Assembly (NCBI GenBank): GCA_900768915.1
Contig: CAAGEQ010000010.1
Location: 45,963-109,962 of the forward strand
Source: Candidatus Gastranaerophilales bacterium
GTDB lineage: Bacteria > Cyanobacteriota > Vampirovibrionia > Gastranaerophilales > Gastranaerophilaceae
Length of the DNA: 64,000 bases
Reading direction: 5' to 3'
Shown: in pieces, positions 38,623 through 47,712 of the stretch
How the letters are laid out: the number at the start of each line of letters is the position of its first letter
How positions within the stretch are numbered: the first letter of the stretch is position 1
The notes under the pieces: generated by a model
Seen by the model: only the letters and a program-made list of their open reading frames with translations
Databases searched by the model: none
Told to the model about the DNA's origin: nothing
Translations under genes and position numbers: made by a program

Positions 38623-39704
38623 ATCATTTAGAATTATTTGCCGGAATCGGTGGATTTCGTCTTGCTCTTGAATTATTGGGCAAGGATTTTGGTATAAATA
38701 TGAATTGTATTGGTTATTCCGAGATAGACAATTATGCCACTCAAAGCTATAAGGCGAATTTTGATACTAATAATGATGTTGAAATTGGTGATATTGTGAG
38801 TTTTACAGAAGATAAAACAAATATAAAAAAATTACAAGATTTTTCATTATTGACTGGAGGCTTTCCATGCCAAGCATTTAGTATGATGGGTTTGCAAAAA
38901 GGATTTAAAGATCTAAGAGGAAATGTGTTTTTTAAAATAATTGATATTTTAAAAGTGAAACAGCCTAAAATGATTTTATTAGAAAATGTTAGAAATTTAA
39001 TTTCACATAATAAAGGTAAAACATTTCAGATAATTGTAAATTTAATTAAAAATACTGGATATAATGTTTATTTTGATGTTTTTAATACAAATGATTTTGG
39101 TTTAGCTCAAACGAGAAACAGGGTTTTTATATTTGCTTTTCGTAATGATTTAAATTTACCGGAGGAATTTGATTTTACACAAGAATTTGTTAAAATATCT
39201 TTTGATAAAATAAAAACAAAAACCTCATTACTATTGCAAAACAATGTTTTAGATGTATTAGAAAAAAAAGTTGATGACAAATATTATATTTCGGAGATAC
39301 TTAAACCAACAATATTATCAAATGGAACAAAAAACTTTTCAAGTAAGTCAGAAATAAATCCAATAATAGCAAAACCTCTTACTGCAACTATGGTTAAAAT
39401 GCATAGGGCATGTCAAGATAATTATTTTAGTGATGATTTTATTTATTGTGAAGATCCTGTTAAATATAAGGAAAACGAATTTACAATGAATCAACTATTA
39501 AAGAAAAAAATAAGAAAAATTACTCCACTTGAAGCTTTAAATTTTCAAGGTTTTCCAAAATCATATTTTGAAAAAGCACAAAAAGTTGGAATTAGTAATC
39601 ATCAATTGTACAAACAAGCCGGAAATGCTGTTAGTATAAATACAGTATATGCAATATTGTATTATTTACTTATTGAAAAAGATGTTTTAGGAGTTAAATC
39701 ATAA
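38595..39704 (+). CDS. DNA (cytosine-5)-methyltransferase, M2
   Basis: Motif I LELFAGIGGFRLA, IV GGFPCQAFS, VI ENVRNL, VIII QTRNRV, X GNAVSI. 28-nt overlap with M1. Confidence 0.92.
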   Translation: MHNKQNKELNHLELFAGIGGFRLALELLGKDFGINMNCIGYSEIDNYATQSYKANFDTNNDVEIGDIVSFTEDKTNIKKLQDFSLLTGGFPCQAFSMMGLQKGFKDLRGNVFFKIIDILKVKQPKMILLENVRNLISHNKGKTFQIIVNLIKNTGYNVYFDVFNTNDFGLAQTRNRVFIFAFRNDLNLPEEFDFTQEFVKISFDKIKTKTSLLLQNNVLDVLEKKVDDKYYISEILKPTILSNGTKNFSSKSEINPIIAKPLTATMVKMHRACQDNYFSDDFIYCEDPVKYKENEFTMNQLLKKKIRKITPLEALNFQGFPKSYFEKAQKVGISNHQLYKQAGNAVSINTVYAILYYLLIEKDVLGVKS

Positions 39705-40810
39705 TGGATAAATTTTTTAAATTGCATAGAGAAAAAATAATTGGATATAAGGCTTTAACTGATGCAGATTTGGGGAAAAGTAGAACAAGTCATCAAACAC
39801 ATATTGGTTTATTTGATGATGTTTTAACTTTTTTACCAAATCAACCAAATATTGAAGACACAGCAATGTTTATCTATAATTCTAAAGCGAACATTTTAAG
39901 TTTAAATTTTGATAGAATAGAAAATAAAGATGGTTCTTTCAGAAGTCCTAAAATAAGAGTTGGTGGAAGAGATACTGTATCTATTGTTTCTATAATAAGA
40001 AAAATTACACAAGAAGTAGATAATTCTTTGGTTTGGTATCTATTTTGGTTTGGATTAGAAAGTGGACAGGTAGTTTTTTGGTTATTTAATAATGCATCTC
40101 AAACTTATATTGATATAACTAATTTAGGTTTATCATTAAATGGTAATTCAAAAGGTCGTCTTATTGAAAATGATTCACTCTTTAATAAAATCTTATTATA
40201 TATTGAAGGTAATTTAGATAAATCTACTGAATGTGTTATGAAAGAATTAGAAATAGAAACGCAAATTCCAGGTAAATTAATTACAGAACAAAGAATAAGA
40301 AAATATGATATTGTACGAGCGCAAAAATTATTTACAGAGATTGGTAAAAGAGGAGAAGAATTTGTTGCAGAATATTTTGATAAATTAAAACATAAAAAGT
40401 GTATTACAAATTATAATTGGGTGAATAAATCTTCTGAAAGTGGATACCCATATGATTTTTATTATCAAGATTTATCAGATAATGTTGTATATTTAGATGT
40501 AAAAACAACAAAATTTGATTTTAAACAAAAAATTATATATAGCAATAAAGAAATAGACTTTGCAAGTACTGTTTCAAATGATTGTTATAATATATATCGA
40601 GTTTATAATTTAACTGAAAGTAATGCCAAATTACGAATATGTAAAAATTGTACAACTCATTTCAATTCAATAAATGGGAATATTATAAAATTCCAAGAAA
40701 ATTTAAATAGAATTAATACGGGCGTTCAATCAGTAAATATTGCATTTGAGCCTACAATTTCAAATCTTGTATTTGATAAAGAAATTCAAATAGAAAAAAA
40801 TAGTTATTAA
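39704..40810 (+). CDS. Putative restriction endonuclease (unknown N-terminal domain plus C-terminal DUF3883-like PD-(D/E)xK module)
   Basis: GKRGEEFVAEYF...GYPYDFYY...VYLDVKTTK...YSNKEIDFA...YNIYRVYNL fits the DUF3883 pattern. The TAATG overlap with M2 indicates one operon. Confidence 0.55.
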   Translation: MDKFFKLHREKIIGYKALTDADLGKSRTSHQTHIGLFDDVLTFLPNQPNIEDTAMFIYNSKANILSLNFDRIENKDGSFRSPKIRVGGRDTVSIVSIIRKITQEVDNSLVWYLFWFGLESGQVVFWLFNNASQTYIDITNLGLSLNGNSKGRLIENDSLFNKILLYIEGNLDKSTECVMKELEIETQIPGKLITEQRIRKYDIVRAQKLFTEIGKRGEEFVAEYFDKLKHKKCITNYNWVNKSSESGYPYDFYYQDLSDNVVYLDVKTTKFDFKQKIIYSNKEIDFASTVSNDCYNIYRVYNLTESNAKLRICKNCTTHFNSINGNIIKFQENLNRINTGVQSVNIAFEPTISNLVFDKEIQIEKNSY

Positions 40811-40986
40811 ATTTATTATTGATTTTTTATTTTGAAATTACCATTTTTTATTAAATATTACAGAATTTATTTTAATACAAGTTTGTTAAAATTCTAAAAA
40901 ATATGCAAAATATTTAATAGTATAGTTCTTTAGCATCAGTCTAAAATTTAAAATAGGCTATAATTAGATAAAGTATGATATAAAAA

Positions 40987-41012
40987 AGACCTGTGAAAAC
41001 AGGTCTTTTTTA
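40987..41012. terminator. Bidirectional intrinsic terminator (3' of tRNA-Gln)
   Basis: AGACCTGT-GAAA-ACAGGTCT stem-loop flanked by A6 and T6. Confidence 0.7.
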
Positions 41013-41017
41013 TAAAT

Positions 41018-41090
41018 CTGGGGCGGAAGGATTCGAACCTCCGAGATGCCTGGACCAAAACCAGGTGCCTTACCACTTGGCGACGCCCCA
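41018..41090 (-). tRNA. tRNA-Gln (anticodon UUG)
   Basis: The reverse complement TGGGGCGTCGCCAAGTGGTAAGGCACCTGGTTTTGGTCCAGG...GGTTCGAATCCTTCCGCCCCAG folds as a cloverleaf with anticodon loop TTTTGGT. CCA is not encoded. Confidence 0.9.
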
Positions 41091-41105
41091 TCACGTCGTA
41101 TTTCT

Positions 41106-41133
41106 ATAATAGTATTTCAAAACTAATTGTCAA
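41106..41133 (-). promoter_or_regulatory. Putative tRNA-Gln promoter
   Basis: On the minus strand: TTGACA, 16-nt spacer, TATTAT, about 15 nt upstream of the tRNA 5' end. Confidence 0.5.
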
Positions 41134-41245
41134 GTTTTTTCTTAAAAAAATTTTATTGTTTATTTTCTTAATTTTTTATTATATATTCTTGACTTTGTTC
41201 TTTGTTAGATTTACAACATACTTGTAAAAAAATTGGGATAGGAAT

Positions 41246-43216
41246 ATGAATAGTTATTTTATTGGTTTAGCAGCCCTAGTTTTGGGTGGATTGATATCGC
41301 TATTTTGCGTAGAAAAATTAAAGTTTAAAGCAGTTTCTTTGTTTACAGGTATTTCTGCAGTTTGTTGCATGATTCCTGCTATTAATGTACTTTTATCAGG
41401 AAATGTTATATCAAAATCTTTTGATATTAATAACTTATTTGGAACTGTGAATGTAGTTATCGATCCGTTAGCTGCATTTTTTATTGTCGTAATCTCATTT
41501 ATGAGTTTTATGGCTTCAATTTATGCTAACGGTTATATGAAACATTATTTAGACAAAAATATGAACACTTCATCTCATTGTTTGTTCTTAACTCTTTTGT
41601 TTGCATCAATGCTCGCAGTTGTTACTGTTCAAAATGCTTTGATGTTCCTTATCGTTTGGGAAATAATGTCACTTTCTTCTTTCTTCTTAGTTATTTTTGA
41701 AGATAACAAAAAAGAAGTTTTATCAGCAGGTATCAAGTATTTAATCTATATGCACGTATCTGTTATATTTATAATTCTTGCATTTGTTCTTATGGTTGCA
41801 AATTCAGGCAATCTTGATTTCGCATCATTTAAAACAGTTTTAGAAAACAATGCCGGACTTGCTAATCTAGCATTTATATTAGCATTTATTGGTTTCGGTA
41901 TAAAGGCTGGTTTCGTACCATTTCATAACTGGTTGCCAGAAGCACACCCAGCAGCACCTAGTCATGTTTCAGGTGTTATGTCAGGTGTTATGATTAAAAC
42001 TGGTATATATGGTATTCTTAGAGTTCTTACTCTTGTTGGACATCCATCTATTCAAGTTAGTTACTTTGTTTTAATTATTTCTGTTATATCAGCACTTTAT
42101 GGTGTGCTTTATGCAATTACTCAACACGATTTAAAAAGACTTCTTGCATATCACAGTATAGAAAATATTGGTATTATTGGTATTGGTATCGGTACTGGTA
42201 TGTTAGGTTTAGCATACAACTGCATTCCAGTAGCAGTACTTGGGTTTGCTGGTGGTATTCTTCATATTTTGAATCACTCAATCTTTAAAGAATTATTATT
42301 CTTGGCTGCTGGTTCAGTTTATACAAAAACTCATACAAGAAATATAGAAGTTCTTGGTGGTTTGATTAAATCAATGCCAATGACAGCATTATTGTTCCTT
42401 ACTGGTTCAATTGCAATTTGTGGTTTGCCACCATTCAATGGATTTATTAGTGAATTCTTAATATACTTTGGTATGTTAAAAGGTTTGATGATTAATAATC
42501 TTTCAGCATTGATTACATTTATACTAGCAATTGCAGGTCTTGCTCTTGTTGGAACAATGGCTATTCTTTGTTTTACAAAAGCATTTAGTATAATTTTCTT
42601 AGGTGCTCCTAGAGAAAAGGCTGCAGAAGATGTTAGCGAAGATACTACAATATCTTTCATTTTTCCAATGTCAGTGCTTGCAATTCTTACATTGATAATT
42701 GGTGTTTGTCCTCAACATGTATTTAATATTATGATGGCTCCAGTTTCAGTATTTACTGGTGTAGTACAAATGCCTGTTATGGTTGCTTTGATGCAAAATA
42801 TATCTTGGGTTTGTTTAGGGTTGATTGCATTCATCGCAGTTCTTTCAGTATTTAAGTTAGTTATTGAAAACAAATATACTCAACATTGTACTTGGGGTTG
42901 TGGTTTTGATAAGCCAAATAATCATATTCAATATACAGCATCTTCTTATGCTAGTCCATTTTTGTCAATGTTGACACCTTTATTTAAGAAAGTTTTTGAT
43001 ATTAAAAAGCCAAAAGCATTATTTCCAAAAGATGCTCACTTTACTCTTCATATTGAAGATGTTGAAGAAGCATACTTCTTGAAACCGTTTATTAAATCAA
43101 CTGAGAAGTTTTTGGCTAGATTTGAAAAAATACAAAACGGTAATATTCAACAATATATTTTATACGGTTTGATATTCTTAGTATTATCGCTTGTTGGTGT
43201 AGTTTTATTAGGATAG
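41246..43216 (+). CDS. Antiporter-like membrane subunit (HyfB / NuoL-type)
   Basis: 656 aa, polytopic; WLPEAHPAAPSHVSGVMSGVMIKTGIYG is the proton-antiporter M signature. Confidence 0.85.
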   Translation: MNSYFIGLAALVLGGLISLFCVEKLKFKAVSLFTGISAVCCMIPAINVLLSGNVISKSFDINNLFGTVNVVIDPLAAFFIVVISFMSFMASIYANGYMKHYLDKNMNTSSHCLFLTLLFASMLAVVTVQNALMFLIVWEIMSLSSFFLVIFEDNKKEVLSAGIKYLIYMHVSVIFIILAFVLMVANSGNLDFASFKTVLENNAGLANLAFILAFIGFGIKAGFVPFHNWLPEAHPAAPSHVSGVMSGVMIKTGIYGILRVLTLVGHPSIQVSYFVLIISVISALYGVLYAITQHDLKRLLAYHSIENIGIIGIGIGTGMLGLAYNCIPVAVLGFAGGILHILNHSIFKELLFLAAGSVYTKTHTRNIEVLGGLIKSMPMTALLFLTGSIAICGLPPFNGFISEFLIYFGMLKGLMINNLSALITFILAIAGLALVGTMAILCFTKAFSIIFLGAPREKAAEDVSEDTTISFIFPMSVLAILTLIIGVCPQHVFNIMMAPVSVFTGVVQMPVMVALMQNISWVCLGLIAFIAVLSVFKLVIENKYTQHCTWGCGFDKPNNHIQYTASSYASPFLSMLTPLFKKVFDIKKPKALFPKDAHFTLHIEDVEEAYFLKPFIKSTEKFLARFEKIQNGNIQQYILYGLIFLVLSLVGVVLLG

Positions 43217-43220
43217 GAAA

Positions 43221-44153
43221 ATGGAAAAGACAACATTGTTAATAACATTATTTAATATTTTGGTTCTTTTATTAGCACCGTTCTTTGTGATTGGCATTAT
43301 CAAGAAGACTAAGGCTTTTTGGGCTGGTCGTAAAGGTGTTTCAATCTTTCAGCCATTATATGATTTTATTAGATTGTTTAAGAAAGACCAAGTTATTAGT
43401 TTAACAACTTCATGGGTATTTAGATTTGCTCCGATTGTAATTTTCGCAACTACAATTTTTGCAGGTTTATTTGTACCTATGCTTTGTGGAAACTCAATTA
43501 TAAATATTGAGGGTGCATTTGTTATTTTCTCATACATTTTAGGTTTAGGAAAATTCTTTGCTCTTATTTCTGCAATGGATACAGGTAGTAGTTTTGAAGG
43601 TATGGGTGCAAGTAGAGAAGCATGTTTTACTACAATCGTAGAACCAGCATTCTTTATTATGTTAGCATCAATAATTGCTTTGACTGGTAATTATTCTTTT
43701 AAAAGTTTATCAATGATTTTGTCATCATCTGGTACATTTGGTATTTTAATTGCATTCTTGGCAGTTTTAGCATTATTTGTAATGTTGCTAACTGAATGTT
43801 CAAGAGTTCCTGTAGATGACCCTACTACTCACCTTGAATTAACAATGATTCATGAAGTTATGATTTTAGATAATTCTGGTCAAGATTTAGCAGTTATTAC
43901 TTGGGCTGCTGGTATAAAAATGGTTGTATTAGAGGCATTGATTGCAAACTTTATTATTCCATCTAATCTTAGTGTTGGATTATCTGCTGTGTTATTCTTA
44001 GCACTTATTGGGTTGATTGCTGTTATTATTGGTACATTGGAATCAGCAATCGCAAGATTAAGAATGTCACACGTTTTTGAATTTATATTTTCAATGTCAT
44101 CTTTTGCATTGATTATTTTGTCATTAGTTGCAATTAAAATTTATGGAAGTTAG
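43221..44153 (+). CDS. HyfC/HycD/NuoH-like membrane subunit
   Basis: 310 aa, polytopic; loop ECSRVPVDDPTTHLELTMIHE; operon position. Confidence 0.75.
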   Translation: MEKTTLLITLFNILVLLLAPFFVIGIIKKTKAFWAGRKGVSIFQPLYDFIRLFKKDQVISLTTSWVFRFAPIVIFATTIFAGLFVPMLCGNSIINIEGAFVIFSYILGLGKFFALISAMDTGSSFEGMGASREACFTTIVEPAFFIMLASIIALTGNYSFKSLSMILSSSGTFGILIAFLAVLALFVMLLTECSRVPVDDPTTHLELTMIHEVMILDNSGQDLAVITWAAGIKMVVLEALIANFIIPSNLSVGLSAVLFLALIGLIAVIIGTLESAIARLRMSHVFEFIFSMSSFALIILSLVAIKIYGS

Positions 44154-44161
44154 GTTTAATT

Positions 44162-44812
44162 ATGGAAAATGCTCTTATAATTTTATTTGGTTTAACAATG
44201 CTTTATATGGCTGCAACTAGCAGAATTATGGCTCATATCCGTATTCTTGTTGCTCAAGGTATATTATTGTTTTTGATTTGCTATTTCGGAATAGAAAAAA
44301 CATCTATTCTTAATTGTATATTCTTAGCATTTGAAACTTTAATAGTTAAGGCGTGTGTTATTCCGATGTTTTTAAACAAAATTGTGAAAACTACTCATCA
44401 ATATAGAGATGCAGAAGCAAACATTCCTCATTTTTATTGTTTGTTTATCTCTACAGTGATTTTATTCTCAGGATTTTTGATTTCAGATGTTAATTTTCCT
44501 GCTATGAAAATGATTAATCCTGTTTATTTGGGTGTTTCAATTGCTGTTATAATTATTAGTTTGTTGTTGATAACAATTAAGCATAAAATTATTACTAATA
44601 TTGTTGAGTTTATAACAATGGAAAATGGTATATTCTTATTATCATTGGCTGTTGTAAAAGAAATGCCAATAATTGTAAATCTTGGCGTACTTTTAGATTT
44701 ATTTATCGCAGTATTTATTTTAGGACTTCTAGTTAATAGAATTAACAAAGAATTTGAAGGACTTGAAGTTTCTCATTTGTCAGATTTGAAGGATTGTGAA
44801 TATGATGATTAA
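44162..44812 (+). CDS. HyfE-like membrane subunit
   Basis: 216 aa polytopic protein in the HyfE position, of HyfE-like size. Confidence 0.6.
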   Translation: MENALIILFGLTMLYMAATSRIMAHIRILVAQGILLFLICYFGIEKTSILNCIFLAFETLIVKACVIPMFLNKIVKTTHQYRDAEANIPHFYCLFISTVILFSGFLISDVNFPAMKMINPVYLGVSIAVIIISLLLITIKHKIITNIVEFITMENGIFLLSLAVVKEMPIIVNLGVLLDLFIAVFILGLLVNRINKEFEGLEVSHLSDLKDCEYDD

Positions 44813-46241
44813 TTTACTTTTGATATTTCCAATAGTTGCCACATTATTGTTGGTAATTTTAAAAAATAAGTGGCTTAACAATGCAACTTTGATTGTTTAT
44901 GCATTGATGCATTTTGCATTGTCTTGTACTTATTTAGTAAATCCGAGTTTGATTGAAAAAACTCAATATTTTGCGATTGATTCTACAAATTTCATTTTTA
45001 TGATGTTGTTATCGATTGTATTCTTGGCAGTTGCTATATATAACAATGGTTATATGCGACATAGTGAAGCATCTGCGAGAAGTCTTAGTCATTATTCAGG
45101 AATGACATTAATATTTGTTATGGCAATTACAGGTGCTATTTTGAGTAATAATTTAGGACTTTCTTGGGTGTTTATTGAGGCAACAACTTTAGCAAGTGCA
45201 TATCTTATTTGTTTCAATAAAACAAAACATTCTATTGAAGCTGCTTGGAAGTATGTATTTATTTGTTCAATTGGTATTGCATTAGCATTTGTTGGTATTA
45301 TTTTACTTACTATTGCAACTGGTTCTGTGAATACGTTGGCATTCAATGATTTGTATATTCATGCACAATCATTTAATCATTTTTGGTTGAAATTATCATT
45401 TGTATTTATATTATTTGGTATTGGTACAAAGATGGGTTTAGCACCGGTTCATTTTTGGTTGCCTGATGCTCACTCAGAAGCACCAACTCCAATTTCTGCA
45501 CTTTTATCTGCTGCACTTTTGAATTCTGCTTTTCTTATTATTTTAAAAGTTTACAGGATTGTTCTATTGGCAGGTTGTGAAAGTTTTGCAAAAATAATGA
45601 TGTTGGCGATGGGATTTATTTCATTGTTTATTACAGCAGTATTTATTTATTACATTACTAATTATAAAAGAATGCTTGCATATTCTTCTGTTGAAAATAT
45701 GGGTATTTTAGTTATTGGTACTGCATTAGGTGGTATTGCAATGTATGCTGCGATTTTGCATATGATTGCTCATTCATTGATTAAAGCATCATTCTTCTTA
45801 ACTTCTGGTAATGTTTTAGATATATATAATACAAAGAAAATTAAATCTGTTTCAGGTATTTTGAAACTTGATAAAACAACTGGTTGGTTGTGGATATTCT
45901 CATTCTTGGGTATTGCAGCATTTCCACCATCATTGTTATTCATTAGTGAATTTTTGATGATTAAAACAATGGTGGTTCAAAAACAGTTTGTTTTATGCGT
46001 ATTCTTTGTAGTGTTATTAACAATTATTTTATTCGGTTTAGCAAAAACAATTATTAGAATGAGTTTTGGTGAACCAAATGAAAAGAAAATTGATATGTAT
46101 AATGACAATGTGAAGAAATTATCTGTAGGTATGTATTTACCTCAAATAGTTATGTTGCTTTCAGCATTTGCATTAGGTTGTTATGTTCCACCTTGTGTTA
46201 ATAATTTGATTAATGCAGTAATTGTTGGATTTGGGGGTTAA
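44796..46241 (+). CDS. Antiporter-like membrane subunit (HyfF / NuoM/N-type)
   Basis: WLPDAHSEAPTPISALLSAALLNSA; 481 aa. Confidence 0.85.
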   Translation: MNMMINLLLIFPIVATLLLVILKNKWLNNATLIVYALMHFALSCTYLVNPSLIEKTQYFAIDSTNFIFMMLLSIVFLAVAIYNNGYMRHSEASARSLSHYSGMTLIFVMAITGAILSNNLGLSWVFIEATTLASAYLICFNKTKHSIEAAWKYVFICSIGIALAFVGIILLTIATGSVNTLAFNDLYIHAQSFNHFWLKLSFVFILFGIGTKMGLAPVHFWLPDAHSEAPTPISALLSAALLNSAFLIILKVYRIVLLAGCESFAKIMMLAMGFISLFITAVFIYYITNYKRMLAYSSVENMGILVIGTALGGIAMYAAILHMIAHSLIKASFFLTSGNVLDIYNTKKIKSVSGILKLDKTTGWLWIFSFLGIAAFPPSLLFISEFLMIKTMVVQKQFVLCVFFVVLLTIILFGLAKTIIRMSFGEPNEKKIDMYNDNVKKLSVGMYLPQIVMLLSAFALGCYVPPCVNNLINAVIVGFGG

Positions 46242-46243
46242 TA

Positions 46244-47701
46244 ATGGATTGGTATATAGCAAAAAATAATGAATTGATTAATATATCTGATATACCTTGT
46301 TTGGATATTGAAACATTAAGACAAGAAATTATTAAATTAAATAAAAGAGTTGTTGCATTCTTTGGTAAAAGAGAATGGAACGGTGTAAAACTTTATGTTG
46401 CAATGGCTGATGATTCAAAAGGTCAATTGTATGTATCATCTTCATTCTTTGATAATACATTTGAAAAGTATTATGAATCATTAACTCAAGTGATACCTGC
46501 TTTTCACATGTTTGAAAGAGAATTTTATGAAGAATTTGGTATTGAACCATTGCATCACCCTTGGTTAAAACCTGTTCGGGATCACAAAAAAGAATATCCA
46601 TTCTTTGAAGTTGAAGGTGAAGAAGTTCACCAAGTTGGTGTTGGTCCTATTCACGCAGGGGTTATTGAACCTGGACATTTTAGATTTATGTGTAATGGTG
46701 AAAAAGTTTATGACCTAGAAATTAGATTAGGTTATCAATCTAAGGGGATTGAAGATTTAATTGTAAAAGAACCATCAAATCAATTAGCAGAATCTATATG
46801 TGGTGATAGTGTTATTGCATATAATTTGGCCTATTCAAGAGTTATGGAGTCTTTAAAAGGTATAAAAATTTCTAATAAAGCAGAGATTATTAGGTTAATT
46901 GCATTAGAGATGGAAAGATGTGCTATTCATATCGGTGATTTAGGTGCGATTGCTGGTGATACTGCTTATCAAATGGGTGCTGCAATTTTTGGTGTTACAA
47001 GAACTCTCGTAATCAATACAATGTTAGAATTGTGTGGTAGCCGTTTTGGTAGAGGGTTGATTACTGTTGGTGGTGTAAATTATGATATTGATGAACAATT
47101 TGCTGAAAAGATTTTAACTATGTTTAAAAAGGTTTCAGATGATGTTAAAAGAACATTTGCAACTATGTTGAAATCTCCAACTGTTATCTCACGTTTAGAA
47201 AAAACTGGTGTTGTTAGTAACGCAACTGCCTTAGAATTAGGATTAGTTGGTATGGCTGCAAAAGCATCTGGTGTTGAATTGGATTCAAGATTTGATTTTC
47301 ACGAAAAATGGCTTGAAGGTATTGAAGACAAAAAAATTAAAGCCAATGGTGATGTTTATTCTAGAACTAGAGAAAGATATAAAGAAGTGCTTCAATCAAT
47401 ATTTATTATTAAACAATTATTGAAGAAACTTCCTGAATATAAAAATGAACCTTTATGTGTTGATTGTAACAATCAATATAAGCCTGATACAATGGTTATT
47501 TCTATTGTAGAAGGTTGGAGAGGTGAAGTTGTTCATACTGCAATAACTGATGATTATGATAATCTTGCAAGATACAAGGTTAAAGATCCATCATTCAATA
47601 ATTGGTATGGATTAGCAATGGCTGTTAGAAATAATGGAATTTCAGATTTCCCATTGTGTAATAAGAGTTTCAATCTTTCATATTGTGGAAATGATTTATA
47701 A
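46244..47701 (+). CDS. Group-4 [NiFe]-hydrogenase large-subunit / NuoD-like protein with degenerate metal-ligand motifs
   Basis: GPIHAGVIEPGHFRF core. L1 position reads ICGDSVIAY (expected CG.C...H). The C-terminus reads NLSYCGNDL (expected DPC..C..R). Confidence 0.8.
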   Translation: MDWYIAKNNELINISDIPCLDIETLRQEIIKLNKRVVAFFGKREWNGVKLYVAMADDSKGQLYVSSSFFDNTFEKYYESLTQVIPAFHMFEREFYEEFGIEPLHHPWLKPVRDHKKEYPFFEVEGEEVHQVGVGPIHAGVIEPGHFRFMCNGEKVYDLEIRLGYQSKGIEDLIVKEPSNQLAESICGDSVIAYNLAYSRVMESLKGIKISNKAEIIRLIALEMERCAIHIGDLGAIAGDTAYQMGAAIFGVTRTLVINTMLELCGSRFGRGLITVGGVNYDIDEQFAEKILTMFKKVSDDVKRTFATMLKSPTVISRLEKTGVVSNATALELGLVGMAAKASGVELDSRFDFHEKWLEGIEDKKIKANGDVYSRTRERYKEVLQSIFIIKQLLKKLPEYKNEPLCVDCNNQYKPDTMVISIVEGWRGEVVHTAITDDYDNLARYKVKDPSFNNWYGLAMAVRNNGISDFPLCNKSFNLSYCGNDL

Positions 47702-47712
47702 GGGATAATAAA

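Noticed and set aside
34145-41017. att-type direct repeat of the tRNA-Gln 3' end that would delimit a mobile island
   Set aside because: I scanned the flanking spacers by eye for GGATTCGAACC-like or acceptor-stem sequence and found none. No integrase gene is present, so the region is reported only as an accessory block, not as a mobile element.
42331-45346. Antisense ORFs within the hyf-like membrane genes (42331-42660, 43349-43537, 44524-44748, 45092-45346)
   Set aside because: They lie opposite well-supported polytopic membrane subunit genes; mirror-frame ORFs of this kind are common there.
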